A stretch of DNA of 64,000 nt. It comes from the human T2T-CHM13v2.0 reference genome, Homo sapiens. A model generated the notes under the pieces. It saw only the letters and a program-made list of their open reading frames with translations, was not told the DNA's origin and ran no database searches. The translations under genes were made by a program, and so were the position numbers. Below are positions 38,318-57,669 of this stretch, piece after piece; position 1 is the first letter of the stretch; each line of letters starts with the position of its first letter. The stretch is from NCBI RefSeq assembly GCF_009914755.1, contig NC_060948.1. One strand, 5' to 3'.

Positions 38318-39851
38318 ACGTATACATTATGTATATAATAATATACAGTATCATATATATAATATATATAACCTATGTATAATATTGTTTTACATCCTGC
38401 ATCTAATGTTATATATATTGTATAAAATATAATAATTGATAATATATAAGTTTTATAATTATACAATATGACATATAGTATATATTATAATTTATGACAT
38501 ATATAATATATGTTATATGTCATATATAGAATATATTATACGGTTAATATACGTATTAAATATAAATTATACATTATATATATTATATATAATATATCTG
38601 TTATATATAATACACATTATGCATAATATATATATTATGTCTATGTTATATATAGTATAAAACAACATATAATAATATATAATTGTATATATAAAATGCG
38701 ACATATAATATATATTATATTTTATAACATATGTAATATATATTATATATTATATATAATACGTTGTATGTATAATACCTATATTAAATATATATTATAT
38801 GACTATGTTATTAATTACATGTCACATGTGTTATATATTATATATTTTACATAGAATATACCGGTTACATACAATATATACTATGTTACCTATAATGTAT
38901 AATTTATTACATGTAAAATAAAGAATGCAATATATTATGTATAATTTATAATATACCATATGTGGAATGTGATATATATAACATATAATATATGATATAT
39001 GATATACAGTATATGATATATAACATACAATATATGATTCCTAATATATATGGTATACAATATATATTTTATGATATGTATTCTATATGTTTTATATTCT
39101 GTTATATATAACTATTTGAAATTATATATAACTGTATAATATTTTATGTAAATATGTAATATAATATATATAACTATATAATATATTATATATAACTATA
39201 TATTATGTTATATATACTTTTATAACATAATTTACATAAAATATCATAATATAATATATATTATATTATTTCATATTACATAATATATATTACATATCAC
39301 CCAATATAACTAACATACATAATATTATAATATAGATTATATTATGTTATATTAAATATCATATATATCATGTATCATATATTCTATAATATATATTACA
39401 CATTATATAATATGTATGTTGTCTATTATGTGATATATATAACTATATATATAATTATATTTTTATACATATAACTAGATAAACATGTAATTCTACATAT
39501 TTTCATTTATAATATGTAGAATTATAAAATCATATATAATTATTTATATTCTATAAAAAATTTTATCATTATATAAATTATAATATATAAAAATTATAAT
39601 ATGTACTACAAATATATATATTATATATCATATATGATATAGTACCTTTGTTATATTTCATAATACATATAAATGTGTATTATGTTATCTATAATTATAT
39701 AATTTCATATATAAGATGTATAATGTGTATCATATATTATATATGTTATGTAATATATATAGTATATATAAGATGACACAGGATAAATATTATATACTAT
39801 GACATATAAAATATATGAGGTTATATGTTACATATAAGGCATAGCACATAA

Positions 39852-40166
<315 letters not shown>

Positions 40167-40737
40167 AGATCCATATTTTTTAAATGAAAAAAAATTTCAA
40201 AGGTACTCTGCTTGGTACAATAATCAAATGTATAAACTGAGGAATAAAACATAACCATGAAACCTACTTATAACTGCATATGGAAAATACAGAGGATAAT
40301 TTTTTAAATAACATATTTTGAAAGCCTTAACTAGTAATTTGAAGAGCTGGCATTTGAAAGGCCAGTATGAATATACCTTCAAAGCAGCAACACAGGTTCC
40401 CCATGAGAAAAAGCAAACACAGGGAAAATAAAAACACAAAGGTTCAATCTCTTCTGACCTTTGAAAGACACAGCACAGACAGTGGTCCTTAGGACGAAGA
40501 GCAGGAGACCCCTAATTCCGTCACCATGGCGATAGGGCATAAACATTGCTGGGTGAGGGCACAATCCACATTGTGAGGTCCAACTGCTGCCAGGAAGACA
40601 GGAGTGCTTTTACATAGACCGAAAGGCCATTGAAGGCTCAGAGTTTTGTTTCAAGAACTGAATCCCAAGCCCACACGTTATTCGGCTGCGCTTCTTAAAA
40701 CAAGTTATGAGATGGGAAAAAGGGCACCCACAAACAT
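40167..40737. repeat. HSATI-like segment, unit 17
   Basis: Copy of 1460-2030. Confidence 0.78.
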
Positions 40738-42271
40738 ACGTATACATTATGTATATAATAATATACAGTATCATATATATAATATATATAACCTATGTAT
40801 AATATTGTTTTACATCCTGCATCTTATGTTATATATATTGTATAAAATATAATAATTGATAATATATAAGTTTTATAATTATACAATATGACATATAGTA
40901 TATATTATAATTTATGACATATATAATATATGTTATATGTCATATATAGAATATATTATACGGTTAATATACGTATTAAATATAAATTATACATTATATA
41001 TATTATATATAATATATCTGTTATATATAATACCCATTATGCATAATATATATATTATGTCTATGTTATATATAGTATAAAACAACATATAATAATATAT
41101 AATTGTATATATAAAATGCGACATATAATATATATTATATTTTATAACATATGTAATATATATTATATATTATATATAATACGTTGTATGTATAATACCT
41201 ATATTAAATATATATTATATGACTATGTTATTAATTACATGTCACATGTGTTATATATTATATATTTTACATAGAATATACCGGTTACATACAATATATA
41301 CTATGTTACCTATAATGTATAATTTATTACATGTAAAATAAAGAATGCAATATATTATGTATAATTTATAATATACCATATGTGGAATGTGATATATATA
41401 ACATATAATATATGATATATGATATACAGTATATGATATATAACATACAATATATGATTCCTAATATATATGGTATACAATATATATTTTATGATATGTA
41501 TTCTATATGTTTTATATTCTGTTATATATAACTATTTGAAATTATATATAACTGTATAATATTTTATGTAAATATGTAATATAATATATATAACTATATA
41601 ATATATTATATATAACTATATATTATGTTATATATACTTTTATAACATAATTTACATAAAATATCATAATATAATATATATTATATTATTTCATATTACA
41701 TAATATATATTACATATCACCCAATATAACTAACATACATAATATTATAATATAGATTATATTGTGTTATATTAAATATCATATATATCATGTATCATAT
41801 ATTCTATAATATATATTACACATTATATAATATGTATGTTGTCTATTATGTGATATATATAACTATATATATAATTATATTTTTATACATATAACTAGAT
41901 AAACATGTAATTCTACATATTTTCATTTATAATATGTAGAATTATATAATCATATATAATTATTTATATTCTATAAAAAATTTTATCCTTATATAAATTA
42001 TAATATATAAAAATTATAATATGTACTAGAAATATATATATTATATATCATATATGATATAGTACCTTTGTTTTATTTCATAATACATATAAATGTGTAT
42101 TATGTTATCTATAATTATATAATTTCATATATAAGATGTATAATATGTATCATATATTATATATGTTATGTAATATATATAGTATATATAAGATGACACA
42201 GGATAAATATTATATACTATGACATATAAAATATATGAGGTTATATGCTACATATAAGGCATAGCACATAA

Positions 42272-42586
<315 letters not shown>

Positions 42587-43157
42587 AGATCCATATTTTT
42601 TAAATGAAAAAAAATTTCAAAGGTACTCTGCTTGGTACAATAATCAAATGTATAAACTGAGGAATAAAACATAACCATGAAACCTACTTATAACTGCATA
42701 TGGAAAATACAGAGGATAATTTTTTAAATAACATATTTTGAAAGCCTTAACTAGTAATTTGAAGAGTTGGCATTTGAAAGGCCAGTATGAATATACCTTC
42801 AAAGCAGCAACACAGGTTCCCCATGAGAAAAAGCAAACACAGGGAAAATAAAAACACAAAGGTTCAATCTCTTCTGACCTTTGAAAGACACAGCACAGAC
42901 AGTGGTCCTTAGGACGAAGAGCAGGAGACCCCTAATTCCGTCACCATGGCGATAGGGCATAAACATTGCTGGGTGAGGGCACAATCCACATTGTGAGGTC
43001 CAACTGCTGCCAGGAAGACAGGAGTGCTTTTACATAGACCGAAAGGTCATTGAAGGCTCAGAGTTTTGTTTCAAGAACTGAATCCCAAGCCCACACGTTA
43101 TTAGGCTGCGCTTCTTAAAACAAGTTATGAGATGGGAAAAAGGGCACCCACAAACAT
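42587..43157. repeat. HSATI-like segment, unit 18
   Basis: Copy of 1460-2030. Confidence 0.78.
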
Positions 43158-44713
43158 ACGTATACATTATGTATATAATAATATACAGTATCATATATAT
43201 AATATATATAACCTATGTATAATATTGTTTTACATCCTGCATCTTATGTTATATATATTGTATAAAATATAATAATTGATAATATATAAGTTTTATAATT
43301 ATACAATATGACATATAGTATATATTATAATTTATGACATATATAATATATGTTATATGTCACATATAGAATATATTATACGGTTAATATACGTATTAAA
43401 TATAAATTATACATTATATATATTATATATAATATATCTGTTATATATAATACCCATTATGCATAATATATATATTATGTCTATGTTATATATAGTATAA
43501 AACAACATATAATAATATATAATTGTATATATAAAATGCGACATATAATATATATTATATTTTATAACATATGTAATATATATTATATATTATATATAAT
43601 ACGTTGTATGTATAATACCTATATTAAATATATATTATATGACTATGTTATTAATTACATGTCACATGTGTTATATATTATATATTTTACATAGAATATA
43701 CCGGTTACATACAATATATACTATGTTACCTATAATGTATAATTTATTACATGTAAATTAAAGAATGCAATATATTATGTAAAATTTATAATATACCATA
43801 TGTGGAATGTGATATATATAACATATAATATATGATATATGATGTACAGTATATGATATATAACATACAATATATGATTCCTAATATATATGGTATACAA
43901 TATATATTTTATGATATGTATTCTATATGTTTTATATTCTGTTATATATAACTATTTGAAATTATATATAACTGTATAATATTTTATGTAAATATGTAAT
44001 ATAATATATATAACTATATAATATATTATATATAACTATATATTATGTTATATATACTTTTATAACATAATTTACATAAAATATCATAATATAATATATA
44101 TTATATTATTTCATATTACATAAAATATATTACATATCACCCAATATAACTAACATACATAATATTATAATATAGATTATATTATGTTATAATAAATATC
44201 ATATATATCATATATCATATATTCTATAATATATATTACACATTATATAATATGTATGTTGTCTATTATGTGATATATATAACTATATATATAATTATAT
44301 TTGTATACATATAACTAGATAAACATGTAATTCTACATATTTTCATTTATAATATGTAGAATTATATAATCATATATAATTATTTATATTCTAAAAAAAT
44401 TTTATCATTATATAAATTATTATATATAAAAACTATAATATGTACTACAAATATATATATTATATATCATATATGCTATAGTACCTTTGTTAAATATCAT
44501 AATACATATAAATGTGTATTATGTTATCTATAATTATATAATTTCATATATAAGCTGTATAATATGTATCATATATTATATATGTTATGTAATATATATA
44601 GTATATATAAGATGACACAGGATAAATATTATATACTATGACATATAAAATATATGAGGTTATATGTTACATATAAGGCATAGCACATAACATGTAATAT
44701 ATATCATATATAA

Positions 44714-45005
44714 TTTTTTTTTAGACAGAATCTTGTCCTGTTGCACAGGGTGGGGTACAATGGCGCCATCTTTGCTCTCTGCAACTTCTGCCTCACGGGT
44801 CCAAGCGATTGTCCTCCCTCAGCCTCCCAGGTAGCTGGGACTACACCACACTGGGACTACACCAGCTGCCACCATGCCTAGCTAATTTTTTGGATTTTTA
44901 GTAGTGACAGCGTTTCACTGTATTGGCCAGGATGGTCTTGATCTCTTCACCTTGTGATCCCCTTGCCTTGGCCTCCAAATTTGCTGGGATTACAGGCCTG
45001 AGCCA
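44714..45005 (-). mobile_element. Alu of DYZ2 unit 19
   Basis: Near-identical copy of 1168-1459. Confidence 0.93.
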
Positions 45006-45576
45006 AGATCCATATTTTTTAAATGAAAAAAAAATTCAAAGGTACTCTGCTTGGTACAATAATCAAATGTATAAACTGAGGAATAAAACATAACCATGAA
45101 ACCTACTTATAACTGCATATGGAAAATACAGAGGATAATTTTTTAAATAACATATTTTGAAAGCCTTAACTAGTAATTTGAAGAGTTGGCATTTGAAAGG
45201 CCAGTATGAATATACCTTCAAAGCAGCAACACAGGTTCCCCATGAGAAAAAGCAAACACAGGGAAAATAAAAACACAAAGGTTCAATCTCTTCTGACCTT
45301 TGAAAGACACAGCACAGACAGTGGTCCTTAGGACGAAGAGCAGGAGACCCCTAATTCCGTCACCATGGCGATAGGGCATAAACATTGCTGGGTGAGGGCA
45401 CAATCCACATTGTGAGGTCCAACTGCTGCCAGGAAGACAGGAGTGCTTTTACATAGACCGAAAGGTCATTGAAGGCTCAGAGTTTTCTTTCAAGAACTGA
45501 ATCCCAAGCCCACACGTTATTAGGCTGCGCTTCTTAAAACAAGTTATGAGATGGGAAAAAGGGCACCCACAAACAT
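45006..45576. repeat. HSATI-like segment, unit 19
   Basis: Copy of 1460-2030. Confidence 0.78.
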
Positions 45577-47131
45577 ACGTATACATTATGTATATGATAA
45601 TATACAGTATCATATATATAATATATATAACCTATGTATAATATTGTTTTACATCCTGCATCTTGTTATATATATTGTATAAAATATAATAATTGATAAT
45701 ATATAAGTTTTATAATTATACAATATGACATATAGTATATATTATAATTTATGAAATATATAATATATGTTATATGTCATATATAGAATATATTATACGG
45801 TTAATATACGTATTAAATATAAATAATACATTATATATATTATATATAATATATCTGTTATATATAATACCCATTATGCATAATATATATATTATGTCTA
45901 TGTTATATATAGTATAAAACAACATATAATAATATATAATTGTATATATAAAATGCGACATATAATATATATTATATTTTATAACATATGTAATATATAT
46001 TATATATTATATATAATACGTTGTATGTATAATACCTATATTAAATATATATTATATGACTATGTTATTAATTACATGTCACATGTGTTATATATTATAT
46101 ATTTTACATAGAATATACCGGTTACATACAATATATACTATGTTACCTATAATGTATAATTTATTACATGTAAAATAAAGAATGCAATATATTATGTATA
46201 ATTTATAATATACCATATGTGGAATGTGATATATATAACATATAATATATGATATATGATATACAGTATATGATATATAACATACAATATATGATTCCTA
46301 ATATATATGGTATACAATATATATTTTATGATATGTATTCTATATGTTTTATATTCTGTTATATATAACTATTTCAAATTATATATAACTGTATAATATT
46401 TTATGTAAATATGTAATATAATATATATAACTATATAATATATTATATATAACTATATATTATGTTATATATACTTTTATAACATAATTTACATAAAATA
46501 TCATAATATAATATATATTATATTATTTCATATTACATAATATATATTACATATCACCCAATATAACTAACATACATAATATTATAATATAGATTATATT
46601 GTGTTATATTAAATATCATATATATCATGTATCATATATTCTATAATATATATTACACATTATATAATATGTATGTTGTCTATTATGTGATATATATAAC
46701 TATATATATAATTATATTTTTATACATATAACTAGATAAACATGTAATTCTACATATTTTCATTTATAATATGTAGAATTATATAATCATATATAATTAT
46801 TTATATTCTATAAAAAATTTTATCATTATATAAATTATAATATATAAAAATTATAATATGTACTACAAATATATATATTATATATCATATATGATATAGT
46901 ACCTTTGTTATATTTCATAATACATATAAATGTGTATTATGTTATCTATAATTATATAATTTCATATATAAGATGTATAATATGTATCATATATTATATA
47001 TGTTATGTAATATATATAGTATATATAAGATGACACAGGATAAATATTATATACTATGACATATAAAATATATGAGGTTATATGTTACATATAAGGCATA
47101 GCACATAACATTTAATATATATCATATATAA

Positions 47132-47423
<292 letters not shown>

Positions 47424-47994
47424 AGATCCATATTTTTTAAATGAAAAAAAATTTCAAAGGTACTCTGCTTGGTACAATAATCAAATGTATAAACTGAGGA
47501 ATAAAACATAACCATGAAACCTACTTATAACTGCATATGGAAAATACAGAGGATAATTTTTTAAATAACATATTTTGAAAGCCTTAACTAGTAATTTGAA
47601 GAGTTGGCATTTGAAAGGCCAGTATGAATATACCTTCAAAGCAGCAACACAGGTTCCCCATGAGAAAAAGCAAACACAGGGAAAATAAAAACACAAAGGT
47701 TCAATCTCTTCTGACCTTTGAAAGACACAGCACAGACAGTGGTCCTTAGGACGAAGAGCAGGAGACCCCTAATTCCGTCACCATGGCGATAGGGCATAAA
47801 CATTGCTGGGTGAGGGCACAATCCACATTGTGAGGTCCAACTGCTGCCAGGAAGACAGGAGTGCTTTTACATAGACCGAAAGGTCATTGAAGGCTCAGAG
47901 TTTTGTTTCAAGAACTGAATCCCAAGCCCACACGTTATTAGGCTGCGCTTCTTAAAACAAGTTATGAGATGGGAAAAAGGGCACCCACAAACAT
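47424..47994. repeat. HSATI-like segment, unit 20
   Basis: Copy of 1460-2030. Confidence 0.78.
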
Positions 47995-49527
47995 ACGTAT
48001 ACATTATGTATATAATAATATACAGTATCATATATATAATATATATAACCTATGTATAATATTGTTTTACATCCTGCATCTTATGTTATATATATTGTAT
48101 AAAATATAATAATTGATAATATATAAGTTTTATAATTATACAATATGACATATAGTATATATTATAATTTATGACATATATAATATATGTTATATGTCAC
48201 ATATAGAATATATTATACGGTTAATATACGTATTAAATATAAATTATACATTATATATATTATATATAATATATCTGTTATATATAATACCCATTATGCA
48301 TAATATATATATTATGTCTATGTTATATATAGTATAAAACAACATATAATAATATATAATTGTATATATAAAATGCGACATATAATATATATTATATTTT
48401 ATAACATATGTAATATATATTATATATTATATATAATACGTAGTATGTATAATACCTATATTAAATATATATTATATGACTATGTTATTAATTACATGTC
48501 ACATGTGTTATATATTATATATTTTACATAGAATATACCGGTTACATACAATATATACTATGTTACCTATAATGTATAATTTATTACATGTAAAATAAAG
48601 AATGCAATATATTATGTAAAATTTATAATATACCATATGTGGAATGTGATATATATAACGTATAATATATGATATATGATGTACAGTATATGATATATAA
48701 CATACAATATATGATTCCTAATATATATGGTATACAATATATATTTTATGATATGTATTCTATATGTTTTATATTCTGTTATATATAACTATTTGAAATT
48801 ATATATAACTGTATAATATTTTATGTAAATATGTAATATAATATATATAACTATATAATATATTATATATAACTATATATTATGTTATATATACTTTTAT
48901 AACATAATTTACATAAAATATCATAATATAATATATATTATATTATTTCATATTACATAAAATATATTACATATCACCCAATATAACTAACATACATAAT
49001 ATTATAATATAGATTATATTATGTTATAATAAATATCATATATATCATATATCATATATTCTATAATATATATTACACATTATATAATATGTATGTTGTG
49101 TATTATGTGATATATATAACTATATATATAATTATATTTGTATACATATAACTAGATAAACATGTAATTCTACATATTTTCATTTATAATATGTAGAATT
49201 ATATAATCATATATAATTATTTATATTCTAAAAAAATTTTATCATTATATAAATTATTATATATAAAAACTATAATATGTACTACAAATATATATATTAT
49301 ATATCATATATGCTATAGTACCTTTGTTATATATCATAATACATATAAATGTGTATTATGTTATCTATAATTATATAATTTCATATATAAGTTGTATAAT
49401 ATGTATCATATATTATATATGTTATGTAATATATATAGTATATATAAGATGACACAGGATAAATATTATATACTATGACATATAAAATATATGAGGTTAT
49501 ATGTTACATATAAGGCATAGCACATAA

Positions 49528-49842
<315 letters not shown>

Positions 49843-50413
49843 AGATCCATATTTTTTAAATGAAAAAAAATTTCAAAGGTACTCTGCTTGGTACAATAAT
49901 CAAATGTATAAACTGAGGAATAAAACATAACCATGAAACCTACTTATAACTGCATATGGAAAATACAGAGGATAATTTTTTAAATAACATATTTTGAAAG
50001 CCTTAACTAGTAATTTGAAGAGCTGGCATTTGAAAGGCCAGTATGAATATACCTTCAAAGCAGCAACACAGGTTCCCCATGAGAAAAAGCAAACACAGGG
50101 AAAATAAAAACACAAAGGTTCAATCTCTTCTGACCTTTGAAAGACACAGCACAGACAGTGGTCCTTAGGACGAAGAGCAGGAGACCCCTAATTCCGTCAC
50201 CATGGCGATAGGGCATAAACATTGCTGGGTGAGGGCACAATCCACATTGTGAGGTCCAACTGCTGCCAGGAAGACAGGAGTGCTTTTACATAGACCGAAA
50301 GGTCATTGAAGGCTCAGAGTTTTGTTTCAAGAACTGAATCCCAAGCCCACACGTTATTAGGCTGCGCTTCTTAAAACAAGTTATGAGATGGGAAAAAGGG
50401 CACCCACAAACAT
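49843..50413. repeat. HSATI-like segment, unit 21
   Basis: Copy of 1460-2030. Confidence 0.78.
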
Positions 50414-51947
50414 ACGTATACATTATGTATATAATAATATACAGTATCATATATATAATATATATAACCTATGTATAATATTGTTTTACATCCTGCATCT
50501 TATGTTATATATATTGTATAAAATATAATAATTGATAATATATAAGTTTTATAAGTATACAATATGACATATAGTATATATTATAATTTATGAAATATAT
50601 AATATATGTTATATGTCATATATAGAGTATATTATACGGTTAATATACGTATTAAATATAAATTATACATTATATATATTATATATAATATATATGTTAT
50701 ATATAATACCCATTATGCATAATATATATATTATGTCTATGTTATATATAGTATAAAACAACATATAATAATATATAATTGTATATATAAAATGCGACAT
50801 ATAATATATATTATATTTTATTACATATGTAATATATATTATATATTATATATAATACGTTGTATGTATAATACCTATATTAAATATATATTATATGACT
50901 ATGGTATTAATTACATGTCACATGTGTTATATATTATATATTTTACATAGAATATACCGGTTACATACAATATATACTATGTTACCTATAATGTATAATT
51001 TATTACATGTAAAATAAAGAATGCAATATATTATGTAAAATTTATAATATACCATATGTGGAATGTGATATATATAACATATAATATATGATATATGATG
51101 TACAGTATATGATATATAACATACAATATATGATTCCTAATATATATGGTATACAATATATATTTTATGTTATGTATTCTATATGTTTTATATTCTGTTA
51201 TATATAACTATTTGAAATTATATATAACTGTATAATATTTTATGTAAATATGTAATATAATATATATAACTATATAATATATTATATATAACTATATATT
51301 ATGTTATATATACTTTTATAACATAATTTACATAAAATATCATAATATAATATATATTATATTATTTCATATTACATAATATATATTACATATCACCCAA
51401 TATAACTAACATACATAATATTATAATATAGATTATATTATGTTATATTAAATATCATATATATCATGTATCATATATTCTATAATATATATTACACCTT
51501 ATATAATATGTATGTTGTCTATTATGTGATATATATAACTATATATATAATTATATTATTATACATATAACTAGATAAACATGTAATTCTACATATTTCC
51601 ATTTATAATATGTAGAATTATATAATCATATATAATTATTTATATTCTATAAAAAATTTTATCATTATATAAATTATAATATATAAAAATTATAATATGT
51701 ACTACAAATATATATATTATATATCATATATGATATAGTACCTTTGTTATATATCATAATACATATAAATGTGTATTATGTTATCTATAATTATATAATT
51801 TCATAGATAAGATGTATAATATGTATCATATATTATATATGTTATGTAATATATATAGTATATATAAGATGACACAGGATAAATATTATATACTATGACA
51901 TATAAAATATATGAGGTTATATGTTACATATAAGGCATAGCACATAA

Positions 51948-52262
<315 letters not shown>

Positions 52263-52833
52263 AGATCCATATTTTTTAAATGAAAAAAAATTTCAAAGGT
52301 ACTCTGCTTGGTACAATAATCAAATGTATAAACTGAGGAATAAAACATAACCATGAAACCTACTTATAACTGCATATGGAAAATACAGAGGATAATTTTT
52401 TAAATAACATATTTTGAAAGCCTTAACTAGTAATTTGAAGAGCTGGCATTTGAAAGGCCAGTATGAATATACCTTCAAAGCAGCAACACAGGTTCCCCAT
52501 GAGAAAAAGCAAACACAGGGAAAATAAAAACACAAAGGTTCAATCTCTTCTGACCTTTGAAAGACACAGCACAGACAGTGGTCCTTAGGACGAAGAGCAG
52601 GAGACCCCTAATTCCGTCACCATGGCGATAGGGCATAAACATTGCTGGGTGAGGGCACAATCCACATTGTGAGGTCCAACTGCTGCCAGGAAGACAGGAG
52701 TGCTTTTACATAGACCGAAAGGTCATTGAAGGCTCAGAGTTTTCTTTCAAGAACTGAATCCCAAGCCTACACGTTATTAGGCTGCGCTTCTTAAAACAAG
52801 TTATGAGATGGGAAAAAGGCCACCCACAAACAT
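52263..52833. repeat. HSATI-like segment, unit 22
   Basis: Copy of 1460-2030. Confidence 0.78.
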
Positions 52834-54365
52834 ACGTATACATTATGTATATAATAATATACAGCATCATATATATAATATATATAACCTATGTATAATA
52901 TTGTTTTACATCCTGCATCTTATGTTATATATATTGTATAAAATATAATAATTGATAATATATAAGTTTTATAATTATACAACATGACATATAGTATATA
53001 TTATAATTTATGACATATATAATATATGTTATATATCATATATAGAATATATTATACGGTTAATATACGTATTAAATATAAATTATACATTATATATATT
53101 ATATATAATATATCTGTTATATATAATACCCATTATGCATAATATATATATTATGTCTATGTTATATATAGTATAAAACAACATATAATAATATATAATT
53201 GTATATATAAAATGCGACATATAATATATATTATATTTTATAACATATGTAATATATATTATATATTATATATAATACGTTGTATGTATAATACCAATAT
53301 TAAATATATATTATATGACTATGTTATTAATTACATGTCACATGTGTTATATATTATATATTTTACATAGAATATACCGGTTACATACAATATATACTAT
53401 GTTACCTATAATGTATAATTTATTACATGTAAAATAAACAATGCAATATATTATGTATAATATATAATATACCATATGTGGAATGTGATATATATAACAT
53501 ATAATATATGATATATGATATACAGTATATGATATATAACATACAATATATGATTCCTAATATATATGGTATACAATATATATTTTATGATATGTATTCT
53601 ATATGTTTTATATTCTGTTATGTATAACTATTTGAAATTATATATAACTGTATAATATTTTATGTAAATATGTAATATAATATATATAACTATATAATAT
53701 ATTATATATAACTATATATTATGTTATATATACTTTTATAACATAATTTACATAAAATATCATAATATAATATATATTATATTATTTCATATTACATAAT
53801 ATATATTACATATCACCCAATATAACTAACATACATAATATTATAATATAGATTATATTGTGTTATATTAAATATCATATATATCATGTATCATATATTC
53901 TATAATATGTATTACACATTATATAATATGTATGTTGTCTATTATGTGATATATATAACTATATATAATTATATTTTTATACATATAACTAGATAAACAT
54001 GTAATTCTACATATTTTCATTTATAATATGTAGAATTATATAATCATATATAATTATTTATATTCTATAAAAAATTTTATCATTATATAAATTATAATAT
54101 ATAAAAATTATAATATGTACTACAAATATATATATTATATATCATATATGATATAGTACCATTGTTATATTTCATAATACATATAAATGTGTATTATGTT
54201 ATCTATAATTATATAATTTCATATATAAGATGTATAATGTGTATCATAAATTATATATGTTATGTAATATATATAGTATATATAAGATGACACAGGATAA
54301 ATATTATATACTATGACATATAAAATATATGAGGTTATATGTTACATATAAGGCATAGCACATAA

Positions 54366-54680
<315 letters not shown>

Positions 54681-55251
54681 AGATCCATATTTTTTAAATG
54701 AAAAAAAATTTCAAAGGTACTCTGCTTGGTACAATAATCAAATGTATAAACTGAGGAATAAAACATAACCATGAAACCTACTTATAACTGCATATGGAAA
54801 ATACAGAGGATAATTTTTTAAATAACATATTTTGAAAGCCTTAACTAGTAATTTGAAGAGCTGGCATTTGAAAGGCCAGTATGAATATACCTTCAAAGCA
54901 GCAACACAGGTTCCCCATGAGAAAAAGCAAACACAGGGAAAATAAAAACACAAAGGTTCAATCTCTTCTGACCTTTGAAAGACACAGCACAGACAGTGGT
55001 CCTTAGGACGAAGAGCAGGAGACCCCTAATTCCGTCACCATGGCGATAGGGCATAAACATTGCTGGGTGAGGGCACAATCCACATTGTGAGGTCCAACTG
55101 CTGCCAGGAAGACAGGAGTGCTTTTACATAGACCGAAAGGTCATTGAAGGCTCAGAGTTTTCTTTCAAGAACTGAATCCCAAGCCCACACGTTATTAGGC
55201 TGCGCTTCTTAAAACAAGTTATGAGATGGGAAAAAGGGCACCCACAAACAT
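54681..55251. repeat. HSATI-like segment, unit 23
   Basis: Copy of 1460-2030. Confidence 0.78.
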
Positions 55252-56806
55252 ACGTATACATTATGTATATAATAATATACAGTATCATATATATAATATA
55301 TATAACCTATGTATAATATTGTTTTACATCCTGCATCTTATGTTATATATATTGTATAAAATATAATAATTGATAATATATAAGTTTTATAATTATACAA
55401 CATGACATATAGTATATATTATAATTTATGACATATATAATATATGTTATATATCATATATAGAATATATTATACGGTTAATATACGTATTAAATATAAA
55501 TTATACATTATATATATTATATATAATATATCTGTTATATATAATACCCATTATGCATAATATATATATTATGTCTATGTTATATATAGTATAAAACAAC
55601 ATATAATAATATATAATTGTATATATAAAATGCGACATATAATATATATTATATTTTATAACATATGTAATATATATTATATATTATATATAATACGTTG
55701 TATGTATAATACCAATATTAAATATATATTATATGACTATGTTATTAATTACATGTCACATGTGTTATATATTATATATTTTACATAGAATATACCGGTT
55801 ACATACAATATATACTATGTTACCTATAATGTATAATTTATTACATGTAAAATAAACAATGCAATATATTATGTATAATATATAATATACCATATGTGGA
55901 ATGTGATATATATAACATATAATATATGATATATGATATACAGTATATGATATATAACATACAATATATGATTCCTAATATATATGGTATACAATATATA
56001 TTTTATGATATGTATTCTATATGTTTTATATTCTGTTATGTATAACTATTTGAAATTATATATAACTGTATAATATTTTATGTAAATATGTAATATAATA
56101 TATATAACTATATAATATATTATATATAACTATATATTATGTTATATATACTTTTATAACATAATTTACATAAAATATCATAATATAATATATATTATAT
56201 TATTTCATATTACATAATATATATTACATATCACCCAATATAACTAACATACATAATATTATAATATAGATTATATTGTGTTATATTAAATATCATATAT
56301 ATCATGTATCATATATTCTATAATATGTATTACACATTATATAATATGTATGTTGTCTATTATGTGATATATATAACTATATATAATTATATTTTTATAC
56401 ATATAACTAGATAAACATGTAATTCTACATATTTTCATTTATAATATGTAGAATTATATAATCATATATAATTATTTATATTCTATAAAAAATTTTATCA
56501 TTATATAAATTATAATATATAAAAATTATAATATGTACTACAAATATATATATTATATATCATATATGATATAGTACCATTGTTATATTTCATAATACAT
56601 ATAAATGTGTATTATGTTATCTATAATTATATAATTTCATATATAAGATGTATAATGTGTATCATAAATTATATATGTTATGTAATATATATAGTATATA
56701 TAAGATGACACAGGATAAATATTATATACTATGACATATAAAATATATGAGGTTATATGTTACATATAAGGCATAGCACATAACATGTAATATATATCAT
56801 ATATAA

Positions 56807-57098
56807 TTTTTTTTTAGACAGAATCTTGTCCTGTTGCACAGGGTGGGGTACAATGGCGCCATCTTTGCTCACTGCAACTTCTGCCTCACGGGTCCAAGCG
56901 ATTGTCCTCCCTCAGCCTCTCAGGTAGCTGGGACTACACCACACTGGGACTACACCAGCTGCCACCATGCCTAGCTAATTTTTTGGATTTTTAGTAGTGA
57001 CAGCGTTTCACTGTATTGGCCAGGATGGTCTTGATCTCTTCACCTTGTGATCCCCTTGCCTTGGCCTCCAAATTTGCTGGGATTACAGGCCTGAGCCA
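56807..57098 (-). mobile_element. Alu of DYZ2 unit 24
   Basis: Near-identical copy of 1168-1459. Confidence 0.93.
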
Positions 57099-57669
57099 AG
57101 ATCCATATTTTTTAAATGAAAAAAAATTTCAAAGGTACTCTGCTTGGTACAATAATCAAATGTATAAACTGAGGAATAAAACATAACCATGAAACCTACT
57201 TATAACTGCATATGGAAAATACAGAGGATAATTTTTTAAATAACATATTTTGAAAGCCTTAACTAGTAATTTGAAGAGTTGGCATTTGAAAGGCCAGTAT
57301 GAATATACCTTCAAAGCAGCAACACAGGTTCCCCATGAGAAAAAGCAAACACAGGGAAAATAAAAACACAAAGGTTCAATCTCTTCTGACCTTTGAAAGA
57401 CACAGCACAGACAGTGGTCCTTAGGACGAAGAGCAGGAGACCCCTAATTCCGTCACCATGGCGATAGGGCATAAACATTGCTGGGTGAGGGCACAATCCA
57501 CATTGTGAGGTCCAACTGCTGCCAGGAAGACAGGAGTGCTTTTACATAGACCGAAAGGTCATTGAAGGCTCAGAGTTTTGTTTCAAGAACTGAATCCCAA
57601 GCCCACACGTTATTAGGCTGCGCTTCTTAAAACAAGTTATGAGATGGGAAAAAGGGCACCCACAAACAT
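57099..57669. repeat. HSATI-like segment, unit 24
   Basis: Copy of 1460-2030. Confidence 0.78.
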